Under the pieces are notes generated by a model that saw only the letters and a list, made by a program, of their open reading frames with translations, was not told the origin of the DNA and did not search any database. Shown here one piece after another: positions 20,755-33,913 of a stretch of 64,000 nucleotides of DNA. Positions within the stretch are counted from its first letter, which is position 1. The number at the start of each line of letters is the position of its first letter. Both the position numbers and the translations under genes were made by a program. The DNA is taken from the NCBI GenBank assembly GCA_965221695.1, contig OZ244905.1:960001-1024000 (forward strand), in the 5' to 3' direction. The DNA is from Gammaproteobacteria bacterium. Its GTDB lineage: Bacteria > Pseudomonadota > Gammaproteobacteria > Eutrophobiales > Eutrophobiaceae.

Positions 20755-21717
20755 TCAGGCAGGGACTTCTTCAGCAGTGTCGCTGTAAAGCTCCCGTGGG
20801 AGTGAAAACACCACGCTTTCCCGTATCCCCGGCGCTTCAACCACGTTCTTGACGCCCCACTTCTGTAATTGTTCAATGACTTCTTCAACCAGGACCTCCG
20901 GCGCCGAGGCGCCAGCGGTCACGCCGATGTTGCGCTTGCCTTGCAACCACTCCGGTTGAATCTCCGTGACGTTGTCTATCAGGTAAGCCGGCACGCCTTT
21001 CTTCTGGGATATCTCCATCAACCGGGTGGAATTCGAGCTGTTCTGCGACCCCACAACCAGGATCAAATCACAGTTGCCAGTCAGCTTCTTGACCGCGTCC
21101 TGGCGGTTCTGTGTAGCGTAACAGATATCCTCTTTTTTCGGCCCGACGATCTTCGGGAAACGCCGGCGCAAAGCGTCGATGACCTCAGAAGTATCGTCCA
21201 CCGACAAGGTGGTCTGTGTCACGAACGCCAGAAATTCCGGTTTTTTTACCTGCAGTTGGTCGACATCCCGCACTGATTCCACCAGATACATGGCGCCGTC
21301 GCCATTCGTAGGACGATACTGGCCGAGGGTCCCCTCCACTTCAGGATGGCCGGCATGACCGATGAGAATGCATTCCCTGCCCTCGTCCTGGTAGCGGCCC
21401 ACTTCCATGTGCACTTTTGTTACCAGGGGGCAGATCGCATCAAATACACGCAAGCGTCTGCGCGAGGCTTCCTCGCGCACAGCCTTGGAAACGCCGTGGG
21501 CGCTGAAGATCACCACCGAGTTATCTGGCACCTCATCCAATTCATTGACGAACACCGCGCCCTTATTCCGCAGGGTGTCGACCACGTATTTGTTATGCAC
21601 CACTTCATGGCGCACATAAACCGGCATGCCGAATAACGCTAGCGCGCGCTCGACAATTTCAATTGCCCGGTCTACACCGGCACAGAAGCCTCGGGGATTG
21701 GCAAGCGTAATCTGCAT
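20755..21717 (-). CDS. ispH: 4-hydroxy-3-methylbut-2-enyl diphosphate reductase
   Basis: [34 protein letters not shown]. Confidence 0.98.
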   Translation of the reverse strand: MQITLANPRGFCAGVDRAIEIVERALALFGMPVYVRHEVVHNKYVVDTLRNKGAVFVNELDEVPDNSVVIFSAHGVSKAVREEASRRRLRVFDAICPLVTKVHMEVGRYQDEGRECILIGHAGHPEVEGTLGQYRPTNGDGAMYLVESVRDVDQLQVKKPEFLAFVTQTTLSVDDTSEVIDALRRRFPKIVGPKKEDICYATQNRQDAVKKLTGNCDLILVVGSQNSSNSTRLMEISQKKGVPAYLIDNVTEIQPEWLQGKRNIGVTAGASAPEVLVEEVIEQLQKWGVKNVVEAPGIRESVVFSLPRELYSDTAEEVPA

Positions 21718-21759
21718 TGAATCTCAGTTAGTTTAAATAACTGCGTATTATACACTGTT

Positions 21760-22233
21760 TTATTCCTGCTTGTGCCGAAAGGAATCCAGGATTAGCAACG
21801 CGGCGCCCACAGTAATGGCAGAATCTGCAATATTGAATACCGGCCACGACCACTTATCGTAATATATTTCAATAAAGTCAATCACATAGCCGTATTGCAG
21901 ACGATCCCACAGATTGCCGGCCGCCCCGCCGATGATCAGGGCGAGGGCGCAGGCCAACAAGCTACGTCCGGCAGGCAAACGCGTCAGCCAGATCAGTAGA
22001 ACCAGACTGATGACCGTAGTCAGAATAATAAAAAAGTAACGCTGCCAGCCGCCTGCGTCCCGCAGAAAACTGAAGGCCGCGCCGGGATTGTATACCAGGG
22101 TCAGGTTGAAACCCGGAAACGCAGGATGCGCTTGGTTCAAGGTAAGCCACTGAGTTGCCGCGTGCTTGCTCAACTGGTCAAGAAAGATGATAAGCAGGGT
22201 GACCCAGAGCCAGTTAAGATTCGCAACTTTCAT
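21760..22233 (-). CDS. lspA: Lipoprotein signal peptidase
   Basis: NPGAAFSFL, GNLWDR..GYVIDF, FNIADSAI. Confidence 0.97.
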   Translation of the reverse strand: MKVANLNWLWVTLLIIFLDQLSKHAATQWLTLNQAHPAFPGFNLTLVYNPGAAFSFLRDAGGWQRYFFIILTTVISLVLLIWLTRLPAGRSLLACALALIIGGAAGNLWDRLQYGYVIDFIEIYYDKWSWPVFNIADSAITVGAALLILDSFRHKQE

Positions 22234-22234
22234 T

Positions 22235-25048
22235 TCAGAAAAAATGGCGCGCCTCGCCGGCGCCGTCCACATTGAGCGCGCAGCGGCCACATAATTCCGG
22301 GTGCGCCGGGGCAGCGCCAATATCTTCACAGCGATGCCAGCAGCGCACACATTTGCCATTTGTTGAAGCCGTTACCCTGATCCACAGCCCTTCCAGTTCG
22401 CTCTGGCGGGCGTCATGCGGCCGCTGCGCAGCCTCGTAAACCTGCGCGTGCGAGGCAATGAACAGATAACGCAACTCCGAGCCGGGATAATCCAGCGCGC
22501 GCTTGAGCGCGCCGTTGCAATACAACTGAACTTCCGCGTCCAGGGACGAGCCGATAGCGCCATTCGCGCGCAGACGTTCCAGCTCCTTACTGACTTGTTC
22601 ACGGACCCTGATGAGATCAGGCCAACAATCCGCGACGCTGACCTTCGGAAAGTCCCTGTGCCACTCCTCCAGGAAGACGGATTCACTGCGCCGGCCTGGC
22701 AAGCGCTGCCAGATTTCATCGGCGGTAAAGCTCAACACCGGGGCCAACCAGCGCACAAAAGCCTCTGCAATATGGAACATGGCGGTCTGGGCCGAGCGCC
22801 GCGCCAGGCTGTTGCGTTGCAGGGTATACATGCGATCCTTGATGATATCCAGATAGAAACTTCCCAGGGTCACCACGCAGTAGTGATGCAGTTTCTGGTA
22901 AATCAGGTGGAACTGGAACTCGTCATAGGCCCGGATGATCTCAGCCTGCAACCTGATGGTTTCAAGCAGCGCCCACTTGTCGAGCTTTAGCAAGTCATCG
23001 TCGGGGACGCGGTTACGCGCCGGGTCAAAACCATCCAGGTTTGCCAGCAGGTAACGAACTGTATTACGGATCCGGCGATAAGCGTCGGACATGCGTTTCA
23101 GTATCTCGTCAGACACATTCATCTCGCCCCGATAGTCCGTGGCTGAAACCCACAACCTCAATACATCTGCGCCCAATGTCTGCATAACCTTCTGCGGAGC
23201 GATTACATTGCCCCGGGACTTGGACATTTTCATACCTTTTGAGTCAACGGTAAAACCGTGGGTCAATACGCCGCGGTAGGGAGCCTGCCGGCTGATCCCA
23301 ACGCCAGTAAGTAATGAAGACTGGAACCAACCCCGATGCTGGTCCGACCCCTCCAGATAGAGATCTGCAGGGAAAGCCAACCTTTCATCACGTTCCAGCA
23401 CGGTGGCATGAGTAACTCCCGAATCAAACCATACGTCTAGAATATCCGTGACCTTACGGTACCGCTCCGCCTCCGCTCCGAGCAGCTCCGCAGTGTCGAG
23501 TTCGAACCAGGCGTCGATACCTGTCTGTTCTATCTTGCGCGCGACTGTCTCGATCAAGCGCGGCGTGTCAGGGTGCAACTCCCCTGAATCCTTTTCCACA
23601 AAGACTGCAATCGGCGCCCCCCAGGCGCGTTGCCGGGAAATACACCAGTCACTGCGCTCGTTGACCATGTCATGGATACGCTGCCGGCCCCATTCGGGCG
23701 TCCAGCGCACCTTGTTAATCGCGGCCAGGGCGTTGGCGCGCAGCCCTTGCGCATCCATGCTGAAAAACCACTGCGGCGTGGTGCGGAAGATGACCGGAGA
23801 CTTATGCCGCCAGCAATGGGGATAACTGTGCCGAACCATCGTTTCAACCAGTAAATTGTTTCTGTCAATGAGCGTCTCAATGATATGGGCATTGGCCTTG
23901 AACACATGTTCTCCGGCAAACAGTTCCGTATCCTCCCTGAAACAGCCGTTATCGGCTACCGGATTGGTGACAGGCAGGCCGTACTGTATACCCACCTGAT
24001 AATCATCCACGCCGTGCCCAGGAGAGGTATGGACTGCCCCGGTGCCGGTGTCCAGGGTCACGTGAGACCCCAGAATGATCGGGACCTGGTAATCATAGAA
24101 CGGGTGTTGCAGCCGCACGCCCTCCAGTTTTTCTCCTTTCACTGAAACCAGCGCCCGATAATTCTCTATGCCATAGCGATGCAAGGCCGAAGCCGCCAGT
24201 TTCTCAGCAAGCAGCAACCTTTCCCGGCCGCGTTCTGATTCACATTGCACAACCACATAATCAAACTCAGGGTTGAGCGCAACAGCCTGGTTGGCCGGCA
24301 AGGTCCAAGGGGTGGTGGTCCAGATCACCAGGGACATATTGCCCTCTCCATGGTCATCGCATTGTCCTGATGCGGCGCCGAACACGGCTGCTGTATCGAT
24401 GACAGGGAAACACACGTCCACTGCGGGAGACTGTTTGTCGATATGCTCGACCTCCGCCTCCGCCAGGGCAGAGGAACAATCCATGCACCAGTAAACAGGT
24501 TTGAAACCCTGCGCCAGGTGTCCGGCTTCAATCATCTTGCCCAGCGCCCGCACAATGTCTGCCTCAGTTTGGTAATTCATGGTTAGGTAAGGCGAATCCC
24601 AATCTCCCAACACTCCCAGACGTTCAAAATCGGTCCTCTGCCTGTCTATCTGTTTGCGCGCGTACTCGCGACAGGCATCGCGGAATGCGCGCGCATCGGC
24701 GCGGCATCCGGCCTTGCCGATTTTCTTTTCCACCTGGTGCTCGATAGGTAGGCCATGACAATCCCAACCGGGCACATAAGGGCAATCAAACCCATCCAGG
24801 GTACGCGATTTGACGATGATATCTTTCAGTATCTTGTTGACGGCATGACCCAGATGAATGTCGCCGTTGGCATACGGAGGGCCATCATGCAGGATATACT
24901 TGTCGCGACCGGACCTGCTCTGCCGAATACGGGCATAAATATCCTGTTCCTGCCAGCGCCGCAGCATCCCGGGTTCGCGCTGCGCCAGATTGCCCTTCAT
25001 GGGAAAGTCCGTTTTTGGCAGGGTCAGGGTATGTTTATAATCCGCCAT
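22235..25048 (-). CDS. ileS: Isoleucine--tRNA ligase (type 1)
   Basis: [28 protein letters not shown]-terminal zinc finger; start MADYK. Confidence 0.98.
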   Translation of the reverse strand: MADYKHTLTLPKTDFPMKGNLAQREPGMLRRWQEQDIYARIRQSRSGRDKYILHDGPPYANGDIHLGHAVNKILKDIIVKSRTLDGFDCPYVPGWDCHGLPIEHQVEKKIGKAGCRADARAFRDACREYARKQIDRQRTDFERLGVLGDWDSPYLTMNYQTEADIVRALGKMIEAGHLAQGFKPVYWCMDCSSALAEAEVEHIDKQSPAVDVCFPVIDTAAVFGAASGQCDDHGEGNMSLVIWTTTPWTLPANQAVALNPEFDYVVVQCESERGRERLLLAEKLAASALHRYGIENYRALVSVKGEKLEGVRLQHPFYDYQVPIILGSHVTLDTGTGAVHTSPGHGVDDYQVGIQYGLPVTNPVADNGCFREDTELFAGEHVFKANAHIIETLIDRNNLLVETMVRHSYPHCWRHKSPVIFRTTPQWFFSMDAQGLRANALAAINKVRWTPEWGRQRIHDMVNERSDWCISRQRAWGAPIAVFVEKDSGELHPDTPRLIETVARKIEQTGIDAWFELDTAELLGAEAERYRKVTDILDVWFDSGVTHATVLERDERLAFPADLYLEGSDQHRGWFQSSLLTGVGISRQAPYRGVLTHGFTVDSKGMKMSKSRGNVIAPQKVMQTLGADVLRLWVSATDYRGEMNVSDEILKRMSDAYRRIRNTVRYLLANLDGFDPARNRVPDDDLLKLDKWALLETIRLQAEIIRAYDEFQFHLIYQKLHHYCVVTLGSFYLDIIKDRMYTLQRNSLARRSAQTAMFHIAEAFVRWLAPVLSFTADEIWQRLPGRRSESVFLEEWHRDFPKVSVADCWPDLIRVREQVSKELERLRANGAIGSSLDAEVQLYCNGALKRALDYPGSELRYLFIASHAQVYEAAQRPHDARQSELEGLWIRVTASTNGKCVRCWHRCEDIGAAPAHPELCGRCALNVDGAGEARHFF

Positions 25049-25055
25049 GATAAAA

Positions 25056-26003
25056 TCAACTCTGACCTTCCAGGTCAAGTTCCCCGAAAAATTCCCTGGC
25101 TGCGTTGATATCTTGACCAATCCGGTCGACCAGTTCGTCGATCGAGGAGAACTTGCGTTCATCCCTCAATCGCTTGAAAAATTCAACGCGGATATGCCGG
25201 CCGTAAATCATCTTGTCGAAGTCGAACAAATGCGCTTCCAACAGCAGTTTCGTTTCATCAAACACCGGGCGCGTGCCCAGGTTGGCCACGCCCAGGTGGG
25301 TCATTTCATCCGCGCCTTTCACGCTTACCGCGAAGACTCCCCGCAAAGGCACCGCGCGCTTGCTTAGATTGATATTGGCCGTTGGGAAACCCAACTGCCG
25401 CCCCCGTTTCGCGCCATGAACGACACGCCCGCTGATACTGAAATAACGACCCAACAACAATTGCGCTTCCTCAAAACGGCTTTCCTGCAACCGCTCGCGA
25501 ATGATGCTGCTGCTTACCCGGTTGCCGTCAAGCCTGTGTGTTTCAGTGAGGATCACATCGAAGCCCAGCCGTTTTCCGAACATACGCAACATCCGGTAGT
25601 CTCCGCGCCGGTTCTTGCCGAACTTGAAATCGTCACCGATGATAAGCCGCTTCACAGACAGGTCTCCAACCAGCGTCTGTTCGATAAACTGCTCTGCCGA
25701 CAGATTGGCGATACTCTGCTGAAAACGGAGGCACAGCGTCCGGTCGACAGTCTGTTGCTTGAAAATTTCCAGCTTCTCCCTGAAGCTGGTTATCCTGGTC
25801 GGCGCCTTGTCAGCATTGAAAAACTCCTGTGGATGAGGTTCAAAGGTTATCACCAGGGCTGGCAAGCCCATGACCTCCGCGTGCCGCTTGAGCTGTCTGA
25901 GCACCGCCTGGTGTCCCAGATGAACGCCATCATAGTTGCCGATAGTAGCAACGCAACCACGATGTCGCGATTTAAGATTATATGAGTACCTGATCAGTTC
26001 CAT
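25056..26003 (-). CDS. ribF: Riboflavin kinase/FAD synthetase
   Basis: [33 protein letters not shown]. Confidence 0.97.
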   Translation of the reverse strand: MELIRYSYNLKSRHRGCVATIGNYDGVHLGHQAVLRQLKRHAEVMGLPALVITFEPHPQEFFNADKAPTRITSFREKLEIFKQQTVDRTLCLRFQQSIANLSAEQFIEQTLVGDLSVKRLIIGDDFKFGKNRRGDYRMLRMFGKRLGFDVILTETHRLDGNRVSSSIIRERLQESRFEEAQLLLGRYFSISGRVVHGAKRGRQLGFPTANINLSKRAVPLRGVFAVSVKGADEMTHLGVANLGTRPVFDETKLLLEAHLFDFDKMIYGRHIRVEFFKRLRDERKFSSIDELVDRIGQDINAAREFFGELDLEGQS

Positions 26004-26023
26004 TAGTCGGAGACACAGAGCGG

Positions 26024-27559
26024 TTAACCCGGATTTTGCAACTTCGTGCCGGCAAGCCAGAGCATGGCGAAATACGCCAGGGCGCCAGCAAATACACATA
26101 ATACTACATTAATGGCGCGCTCATGCATATCCCATTGCAACCATGACACTTGCTCCGGTACAAGAAACGCCAGACTCAAGGCCATCACGCCCAGCGCGAG
26201 GATAATTCTGGCCAGGTGAGCAGACCAGCCCGGCGCCATGTCAAACCCTTTTTTCGCGCGCAATATCCGGTACAACAGGACCGCGTTGAGACAAGCAGAC
26301 AAAGAAGTAGCCAAGGCCAGCCCGGCATGGGCAAGAGGGAAGACCAGCAGCAGGTTCAAAATTATATTGGCTACCATCGCCAGCACAGCGATTTTTACCG
26401 GCGTCTTAGTGTCCTGCATGGAAAAAAAGCCGGAAGACAGCGCTTTTATCAGGATGAAAGCAGGCAAGCCGACGGCGTACATGACCAGGCTGCGATACGT
26501 CATCTGAACATCTTGCGGCGAAAATTCATTATACTGAAACAGGGCGATCAGCAGCGGTTCTCCCAACAGCATCAAACCGACGCTGGCAGGGAGAGATAAC
26601 AGCATTATCCAGCGCAAGGCCCAGTCAAGCGTCCGGTTAAACGCGGCGCGATCATCACTCGTATGACCGGCCGAAAGACTGGGAAGGATGACTGTAGCCA
26701 ATGCGATGCCGAATACGCCAAGCGGGAATTCAACCAGTCTATCGGAAAAATACAGCCAGGAGATGCTGCCTGTCTCCAGGAAAGAGGCGATTGCGGTATC
26801 GACCAGCAAGTTAATCTGGGTTACGGAGGCGGCAAACAGGGTCGGAATCATCAACGTAATAATTCTGCCTACGCCTTCCGGGTCCCGGTTGAACCTGGGA
26901 CGCGGCAATAACCTGAGTTTGAGCAAAAACGGAAACTGGAACAGCAACTGCGCCACACCCGCAATCAACACGCCCCAAGCTAGCGCTACAACCCGTTGTT
27001 CCGGCGGAAAATAAGGCGTTAACCATAACGCGCAGCCGATCAGAGAGAGGTTCAGCAATACCGGAGTAAACGCAGGCGCGGCAAAACGGCGATAAGTATT
27101 CAGAATGCCGCCCGCCATCGCGGTGAGCGAAATAAACAGTATGTAAGGAAAGGTAATGCGCAACATGCCGGATGCCAGCGCCTGCTTTTCCTCATTCCCG
27201 CTGAAACCGGGCGCAAAGATCCAGATCAATAACGGGGCGGCTAGAACGCCGACGACCGTAGTCGCGCATAACCAGGATCCCAAAACTGCCGCGGTGTGCT
27301 CCACCAGGGCATTGACCTGAGCCTGGCTGCGACGTTCCCGGTATTCAGACAATACCGGAACGAATGCCTGTGAGAAACCGCCTTCTGCGAAGATCCGGCG
27401 TAAAAAATTTGGAATGCGAAAGGCGACAATAAACGCGTCAACACCTGCCCCAGGGCCAAACATGGCGCCGATTAGGACATCCCGAACCAGCCCGAGAATA
27501 CGGGACAGCGTGGTCATCAGGCCGACTACCAGGGTGGATTTGAGCAAATTCTCTTTCAT
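26024..27559 (-). CDS. murJ: Lipid II flippase
   Basis: SRILGLVRD, FRIPNFLRRIFAEG, DRLVEFPLG. Confidence 0.97.
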   Translation of the reverse strand: MKENLLKSTLVVGLMTTLSRILGLVRDVLIGAMFGPGAGVDAFIVAFRIPNFLRRIFAEGGFSQAFVPVLSEYRERRSQAQVNALVEHTAAVLGSWLCATTVVGVLAAPLLIWIFAPGFSGNEEKQALASGMLRITFPYILFISLTAMAGGILNTYRRFAAPAFTPVLLNLSLIGCALWLTPYFPPEQRVVALAWGVLIAGVAQLLFQFPFLLKLRLLPRPRFNRDPEGVGRIITLMIPTLFAASVTQINLLVDTAIASFLETGSISWLYFSDRLVEFPLGVFGIALATVILPSLSAGHTSDDRAAFNRTLDWALRWIMLLSLPASVGLMLLGEPLLIALFQYNEFSPQDVQMTYRSLVMYAVGLPAFILIKALSSGFFSMQDTKTPVKIAVLAMVANIILNLLLVFPLAHAGLALATSLSACLNAVLLYRILRAKKGFDMAPGWSAHLARIILALGVMALSLAFLVPEQVSWLQWDMHERAINVVLCVFAGALAYFAMLWLAGTKLQNPG

Positions 27560-27617
27560 TGATCAATATTGATCGGTTACTTGACCGCAAACAAGCTTAA
27601 CACAGGGCCGATAAACA

Positions 27618-27646
27618 TTGACAAACCGCCTGCAAGAGCGCATAGT
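27618..27646 (+). promoter_or_regulatory. Candidate sigma70 promoter of rpsT
   Basis: TTGACA-17 bp-CATAGT. Confidence 0.55.
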
Positions 27647-27676
27647 GCTAGGCTAAACGGTTATCAGGAGCTAGTT

Positions 27677-27943
27677 TTGGCCAACATCGCATCAGCAAAG
27701 AAACGGACCCGCCAGGCTGCCAAGCGCCGCCAGCATAACAACTCGCGCCGCTCCATGTTGCGGACCTACATCAGGAAGGCGCTCGACTCCATCGCCAGCG
27801 GCGACAAGACTGCGGCGACTGCAGCCTGCCAGGCCGCGCTGCCCATTATTGACAGGATGGCGAATAAAGGTCTGATTCACAAGAACAAGGCCGCCCGGCA
27901 AAAGCGACGCCTGAATGCGAAGCTGCGCGCGCTAGGTAGTTGA
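27677..27943 (+). CDS. rpsT: 30S ribosomal protein S20
   Basis: TTG start after AGGAG; [20 protein letters not shown]. Confidence 0.97.
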   Translation: MANIASAKKRTRQAAKRRQHNNSRRSMLRTYIRKALDSIASGDKTAATAACQAALPIIDRMANKGLIHKNKAARQKRRLNAKLRALGS

Positions 27944-27948
27944 GAACG

Positions 27949-29070
27949 TTATAATATAACCATGTTATCGCGGTGGATTAACTCTTCGCTATCCACGTAA
28001 CCCAACGCTTCCGCAATACTCTCGCTTGACCGGCCCATAATTTTGCGCGTCTCGTCCGCGTCATAATTGACCAGTCCCCTGGCAACCTCCCTGCCTTCCC
28101 GGTCTATGCAACTGACAATCTCGCCACGCTTGAACTCGCCATGCGCCGCAACAACCCCGACGGCCAGCAGGCTGCTGCCCCGCTCCGCCAACACTTTGCA
28201 GGCGCCCTCATCCAACGCCAGGGCGCCGGCCGGACGTTTATGGCCCGCCAACCATTGTTTGCGCGCGGCCAGCGGAGAGCGCTCGACCTTGAGCAGAGTC
28301 CCGAGTTGTTCGCCCGCGGCAATTTTCAGCAATACATCAGGCTCCAAACCTGAGCAGATCAGCGTTTCTGCGCCGGATTTTGCCGCGGTTTCCGCGGCTT
28401 TGAGCTTGGTGAGCATGCCACCGCGACCCAGCGCGCCGCCCGGACCAGCGTAATCCAGCAGGGTCCGGTCACCAGCCTGCGCAGTCCTGATCAATCGGGC
28501 CTCGGGAAACTCACGGGGATCGCGATCATACAGGCCGGCCTGATCAGTAAGGATAATCAGCCGGTCTGCTTCAGCCAGATTTGTCACCAATCCGGCCAGT
28601 GAGTCGTTGTCGCCGAAACGTATCTCATCGGTCGCGACACTGTCATTTTCATTGACAACCGGCGCCACACCCAGTTCCAGCAGGGAGCGTAAGGTGGAAC
28701 GGGCATTCAGGTAACGCTTCCGATCGGCAATGTCATCATGGGTAAGCAGTATCTGGGCGGTATGTATGGCATAGACCTGGAAGGCAGACTCATATGCTTG
28801 GATTAAACCCATCTGGCCGACTGCGGCCGCGGCTTGTTCTTCATGCAGACTGACGCGCCGCAAGTTCCAGCCCAGCCGCGCCCTGCCCTCCGCGATAGCG
28901 CCGGATGAGACGATGATAAACCGGAGCCCGCGCCGGCGTAATTGCGCCAACTGGGCTACCCAGTCAGCGATAGCCTGCTTGCGTAGGCCGCAGCCGTCGT
29001 TCGTCAGCAAGGCGCTACCCAGCTTGATGACCCAGCGTTGTTTCCTGTTAGCAGTAGATTCCTTAGCCAT
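27949..29070 (-). CDS. proB: Glutamate 5-kinase with PUA domain
   Basis: [34 protein letters not shown]. Confidence 0.97.
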   Translation of the reverse strand: MAKESTANRKQRWVIKLGSALLTNDGCGLRKQAIADWVAQLAQLRRRGLRFIIVSSGAIAEGRARLGWNLRRVSLHEEQAAAAVGQMGLIQAYESAFQVYAIHTAQILLTHDDIADRKRYLNARSTLRSLLELGVAPVVNENDSVATDEIRFGDNDSLAGLVTNLAEADRLIILTDQAGLYDRDPREFPEARLIRTAQAGDRTLLDYAGPGGALGRGGMLTKLKAAETAAKSGAETLICSGLEPDVLLKIAAGEQLGTLLKVERSPLAARKQWLAGHKRPAGALALDEGACKVLAERGSSLLAVGVVAAHGEFKRGEIVSCIDREGREVARGLVNYDADETRKIMGRSSESIAEALGYVDSEELIHRDNMVIL

Positions 29071-29078
29071 GATCGTTT

Positions 29079-30119
<1,041 letters not shown>

Positions 30120-30209
30120 TCAGAGGCGCATGCGGTAGCGCGCAGCACAGTTAAAATCAACGACTATATGCCATTGATTTTGAATGCAAAACAAAAGACC
30201 TACGGATGT

Positions 30210-30470
30210 CTAACCGGCTGCCCTCACGCTGACAAAAGTTCTGTTCTTCGGCCCCTTCCGCTCAAACACCACCATGCCGTCAGCCGTAGCGAAAAGGGTA
30301 TGGTCCTTGCCGCAACCGACATTGACCCCGGGATGATAGCGGGTGCCACGTTGCCTGACGATGATATTTCCCGCCTTTACCGTTTCACTGCCAAAACATT
30401 TAATGCCCAGACGCTTCGAATGGGAGTCCCGGCCGTTTCGTGTGCTGCCGCCTGCTTTTTTATGCGCCAT
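30210..30470 (-). CDS. rpmA: 50S ribosomal protein L27
   Basis: [21 protein letters not shown]. Confidence 0.99.
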   Translation of the reverse strand: MAHKKAGGSTRNGRDSHSKRLGIKCFGSETVKAGNIIVRQRGTRYHPGVNVGCGKDHTLFATADGMVVFERKGPKNRTFVSVRAAG

Positions 30471-30489
30471 ATCGTGCTCCTGGCAATTA

Positions 30490-30801
30490 TTACGTATTGA
30501 TACCGGTAATTTCCAACTCGGTATAGGCCTGGCGATGTCCCATCTGCTTGCGATGATGTTTGCGCCGCTTGAACTTGACAACCTTGATTTTCGCTCCCCG
30601 ACCGTGGGAAACAACTGTTGCTGCGACGGACGCGCCATCCACCCGAGGAGCGCCGACTGAGATATTATCGTCGTCGACAACCATCAGCACGTCATCAATG
30701 CTGACGCTGCCACCTTCCCCGGCATTGATTTTCTCGACCCGGATGGTATCGCCTTGCTGTACTTTGTATTGTTTACCACCGGACTTTATCACTGCATACA
30801 T
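30490..30801 (-). CDS. rplU: 50S ribosomal protein L21
   Basis: [21 protein letters not shown]. Confidence 0.99.
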   Translation of the reverse strand: MYAVIKSGGKQYKVQQGDTIRVEKINAGEGGSVSIDDVLMVVDDDNISVGAPRVDGASVAATVVSHGRGAKIKVVKFKRRKHHRKQMGHRQAYTELEITGINT

Positions 30802-30861
30802 AATCATCCACACCTGTGATGTAATTTCACACCCGCGCCACCGGCGCGCTATCGGAGCGGG

Positions 30862-30890
30862 AGTATAATCCATAATCACTGCTGACACAA
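30862..30890 (-). promoter_or_regulatory. Candidate sigma70 promoter of rplU-rpmA
   Basis: TTGTGT-17 bp-TATACT followed by GC-rich discriminator. Confidence 0.55.
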
Positions 30891-30982
30891 GCGCTCGGCG
30901 CGACGCTGACCACAGCCCGAAACCCGTAGCCCGCAATTGCCAATCCGTAACCAACGCATCCTTACCTTTTCACCCCTTCCTT

Positions 30983-31007
30983 CCGGGAGCGCGGGCATCT
31001 CTCCCGC
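30983..31007 (+). repeat. REP-like palindrome (GGGAGC-tagged family)
   Basis: CCGGGAGCGCGGGCATCTCTCCCGC; relatives at 52732-52784 and 59750-59786. Confidence 0.7.
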
Positions 31008-31090
31008 GTCAATCTCCCATATAACGAACCTGCCGCGGACCCGACAAAATGGTATTATCGGTTCGTGCAAGCGAATGACATTGAAAATTC

Positions 31091-32083
31091 ATGAATACGG
31101 TATCTGTAAGTAAAACGGATTTGGAGTCGATCCAAGCGCTGATCCGGGAAGACATGCAGGCGGTAAACGCGTTAATACAGGAAAAACTGCATTCCGATAT
31201 CGGTCTTATCGACCAACTTGGTCATTACATCGTCAACAGCGGTGGCAAAAGGCTGCGGCCGGCCCTGGTGTTGCTCTGCGCCAACTGCTTCCGCTACCGC
31301 GGTAACCTGCACATCAAACTTGCTGCGGTCATTGAGTTTATCCACACCGCCACCCTGCTCCATGACGATGTAGTCGACGCCTCCATGCTACGGCGGGGTA
31401 AAGCGACTGCAAACCAGCGCTGGGGCAATGAGGCAAGTGTGCTGGTTGGCGATTTTCTTTATTCACGCGCCTTCCAGATGATGGTGGAGGTGGCAGATAT
31501 GCGCGTTATGGAGATCATTGCGGATGCCACCAACATCATTGCTGAAGGAGAGGTGCTGCAGCTCATCAACCGGCACGATTCAGAAACAACGGAACAGCGC
31601 TACCTGCAAGTTATACATAATAAAACGGCCAAGTTATTTGAAGCCGCTGCCCGCGCCGGCGCCGTAATTGCCGGACAGGACCAGCAGACAGAACAGGCCA
31701 TGACCGACTACGGCAAACGCTTGGGCGTAGCCTACCAACTCATAGACGATGCGCTGGATTACAGCGCTCCCAGCGATATACTTGGCAAGAACATAGGCGA
31801 TGACCTGGCAGAGGGCAAACCCACCTTGCCGCTGTTATACGCGCTCTGGCATTGTTCGCAGGAACAGGCGACGCTGATCAGGAACGCGATACAGCGCGGC
31901 AGTCTGGAACGCCTGGAAGATATCCGCCGTGCCATCACCGAAACCGGAGCAATCCAATATACCCGGCGCCGAGCTCGCCAGGAAGCCGAACTCGCGCTAA
32001 GGGCCCTCAAAGACCTGCCCCAATCCGAATACCTGGACGCCCTGTTCGCGCTGGCCCGTTTCGCCACTGAACGAGATTTTTAG
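31091..32083 (+). CDS. ispB: Octaprenyl diphosphate synthase
   Basis: GGKRLRP, LLHDDVVD, LIDDALD, DDLAEGKPTLP; divergent from rplU. Confidence 0.96.
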   Translation: MNTVSVSKTDLESIQALIREDMQAVNALIQEKLHSDIGLIDQLGHYIVNSGGKRLRPALVLLCANCFRYRGNLHIKLAAVIEFIHTATLLHDDVVDASMLRRGKATANQRWGNEASVLVGDFLYSRAFQMMVEVADMRVMEIIADATNIIAEGEVLQLINRHDSETTEQRYLQVIHNKTAKLFEAAARAGAVIAGQDQQTEQAMTDYGKRLGVAYQLIDDALDYSAPSDILGKNIGDDLAEGKPTLPLLYALWHCSQEQATLIRNAIQRGSLERLEDIRRAITETGAIQYTRRRARQEAELALRALKDLPQSEYLDALFALARFATERDF

Positions 32084-32265
32084 ATCAGTATCGGAATAAC
32101 TCCTTGTGGCCATGCAAACGATTTTTCGGTCAGCTCCGTTCCCGCATTTGCAAGGTTGGCAGAGCAATTCTTACTATAGACGGAAACCGTTCAGTAAGGT
32201 AGAGTTTACTTTTAAGGTTAAAATACGGACATAAACAATCTGTTTGCTGTCCGGTTTTTCCGTAT

Positions 32266-32342
<77 letters not shown>

Positions 32343-32404
32343 GTTCAACTCGGAATATCCTGTCTGTTTTCGTCAGTCAGTCTAGACGAGGATTATTGTA
32401 AATG

Positions 32405-32442
32405 ATATGGTTACCCGTATTGAATTATATGGGTAACCATAT
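32405..32442. promoter_or_regulatory. Inverted-repeat operator of vapBC pair
   Basis: ATATGGTTACCCGTAT-6 bp-ATATGGGTAACCATAT (15/16 match) overlapping the antitoxin start codon. Confidence 0.75.
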
Positions 32443-32686
32443 GAAAACTACCATCGACCTGTCAGACGCCTTGATGCTCGAGGCCAAAGCTCTTGCCGCG
32501 AAACGCGGCATCACTTTTCGCTCGGTTGTTGAAGAGGGCCTCCGCTGTGCGCTGAGAGAGGCGCAACAGGCCGAGGCATTCGAGCTGCAAGATAAGAGCG
32601 TGCCCGGCAACGGGTTATCGGCTGAGTTCAGAAATAAATCTTGGGCGTTTATTCGTCACCGCGTTTACGAGGGGCGCGGCAGTTGA
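32441..32686 (+). CDS. Type II antitoxin, VapB-like ribbon-helix-helix
   Basis: MKTTIDLSDALMLEAKALAAKRGITFRSVVEEGLR; stop overlaps toxin start. Confidence 0.85.
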   Translation: MKTTIDLSDALMLEAKALAAKRGITFRSVVEEGLRCALREAQQAEAFELQDKSVPGNGLSAEFRNKSWAFIRHRVYEGRGS

Positions 32687-33117
32687 TTGCCGTTGACACC
32701 AACATACTGGTTTATGCCCACAGGCGGGATTCCGAGTGGTATGGTCGCGCCGCAGAAACGGTCAAAGAGCTTGCCGAAAGAGGGCATGCTTGGGCCATAC
32801 CTTGGCCTTGTATTCACGAGTTTCTGGCGATTACTACGCATCCTCGTATTTACGACCCGCCTTCTTCGGTGCGCCAGGCTGTTGAGCAGGTTGATGCCTG
32901 GACAGCTTCGGGAGCATTGTCGCTTATTGGCGAATCAACCGATCATTGGTCGCAGTTGGCCTCGCTGATTGCGGATGGCCGAGCTCGTGGCCCCGTTATT
33001 CATGACGCGCGAATTGCAGCTATCTGCCTGGCTCATGGAATTCGGGAATTCTTGACAGCGGATAGAGATTTCAGCCGGTTTCCGTCGTTGAAGACGCGTA
33101 ATCCTTTATTCGACTGA
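32683..33117 (+). CDS. VapC-family PIN-domain ribonuclease toxin
   Basis: IAVDTNILVYA, HEF, HDARIAA, TADRDFSRF; TTG start. Confidence 0.92.
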   Translation: MIAVDTNILVYAHRRDSEWYGRAAETVKELAERGHAWAIPWPCIHEFLAITTHPRIYDPPSSVRQAVEQVDAWTASGALSLIGESTDHWSQLASLIADGRARGPVIHDARIAAICLAHGIREFLTADRDFSRFPSLKTRNPLFD

Positions 33118-33126
33118 CAGTTACTT

Positions 33127-33900
33127 ATGACAACTATTACTCGCAAACCTGTTATCGCCATCACGGCCGACCAGATTATGGTCCGGGACATAATGCCTGC
33201 CGCGGCAGTTTACGATATCTACATCCATGCTGTCATTCACGCCGCGCGCGCCCTGCCCTGGATAGCGCCACCTGTAGGGGAGTTGCTGGACATTGGCGCG
33301 CTGCTCGACAAGGTGGATGGAATCGTCTTTACCGGCGCTCGCTCCAATGTGCAACCATGCTATTACCATGGTGAGGCAGCATCGGAAAATACACCGCAGG
33401 ATCCGCAACGGGATGCCACCACCTTGCCGCTGATCCCGCGCGCGCTAGCTGCGGGCATACCCATATTGTGCATCTGCCGTGGGATACAGGAACTCAATGT
33501 GGCTCTGGGCGGCACACTGCACCAGAATCTGAGCGACATGCCAGACAAGCTGAGCCACATAATGCCGGAGAACTGGAGTCTCGAACGGCGTTTTGCCCCG
33601 GCCCATACAATCCACATCGAAACCGGAAGCGAACTGGGAAAGCTGAGCGCGGCAAAATCGGTCAGGGTCAACAGCGTTCATGAGCAAGCCATCGACCAAC
33701 TGGCCGGCGACCTTATCGTTGAAGCCCGGGCGCCGGACGGGATCATCGAAGCGGTCCGGGTCCGGGACAGTAAAGCATTCGCGCTCGGTGTGCAATGGCA
33801 TCCGGAGTGGGACTGGCGCAGCCATTCCCTTAATGAAAAACTCTGGACGGTTTTCGGCGCGGCCTGCCGTGGCGGAAAAAAGAGAACTGCTGACAGGTAG
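33127..33900 (+). CDS. Gamma-glutamyl-gamma-aminobutyrate hydrolase family (peptidase C26, PuuD-like)
   Basis: CICRGIQELNVALGG nucleophile, VNSVHEQ, QWHPEW. Confidence 0.9.
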   Translation: MTTITRKPVIAITADQIMVRDIMPAAAVYDIYIHAVIHAARALPWIAPPVGELLDIGALLDKVDGIVFTGARSNVQPCYYHGEAASENTPQDPQRDATTLPLIPRALAAGIPILCICRGIQELNVALGGTLHQNLSDMPDKLSHIMPENWSLERRFAPAHTIHIETGSELGKLSAAKSVRVNSVHEQAIDQLAGDLIVEARAPDGIIEAVRVRDSKAFALGVQWHPEWDWRSHSLNEKLWTVFGAACRGGKKRTADR

Positions 33901-33913
33901 AAGACTCTTGGAG

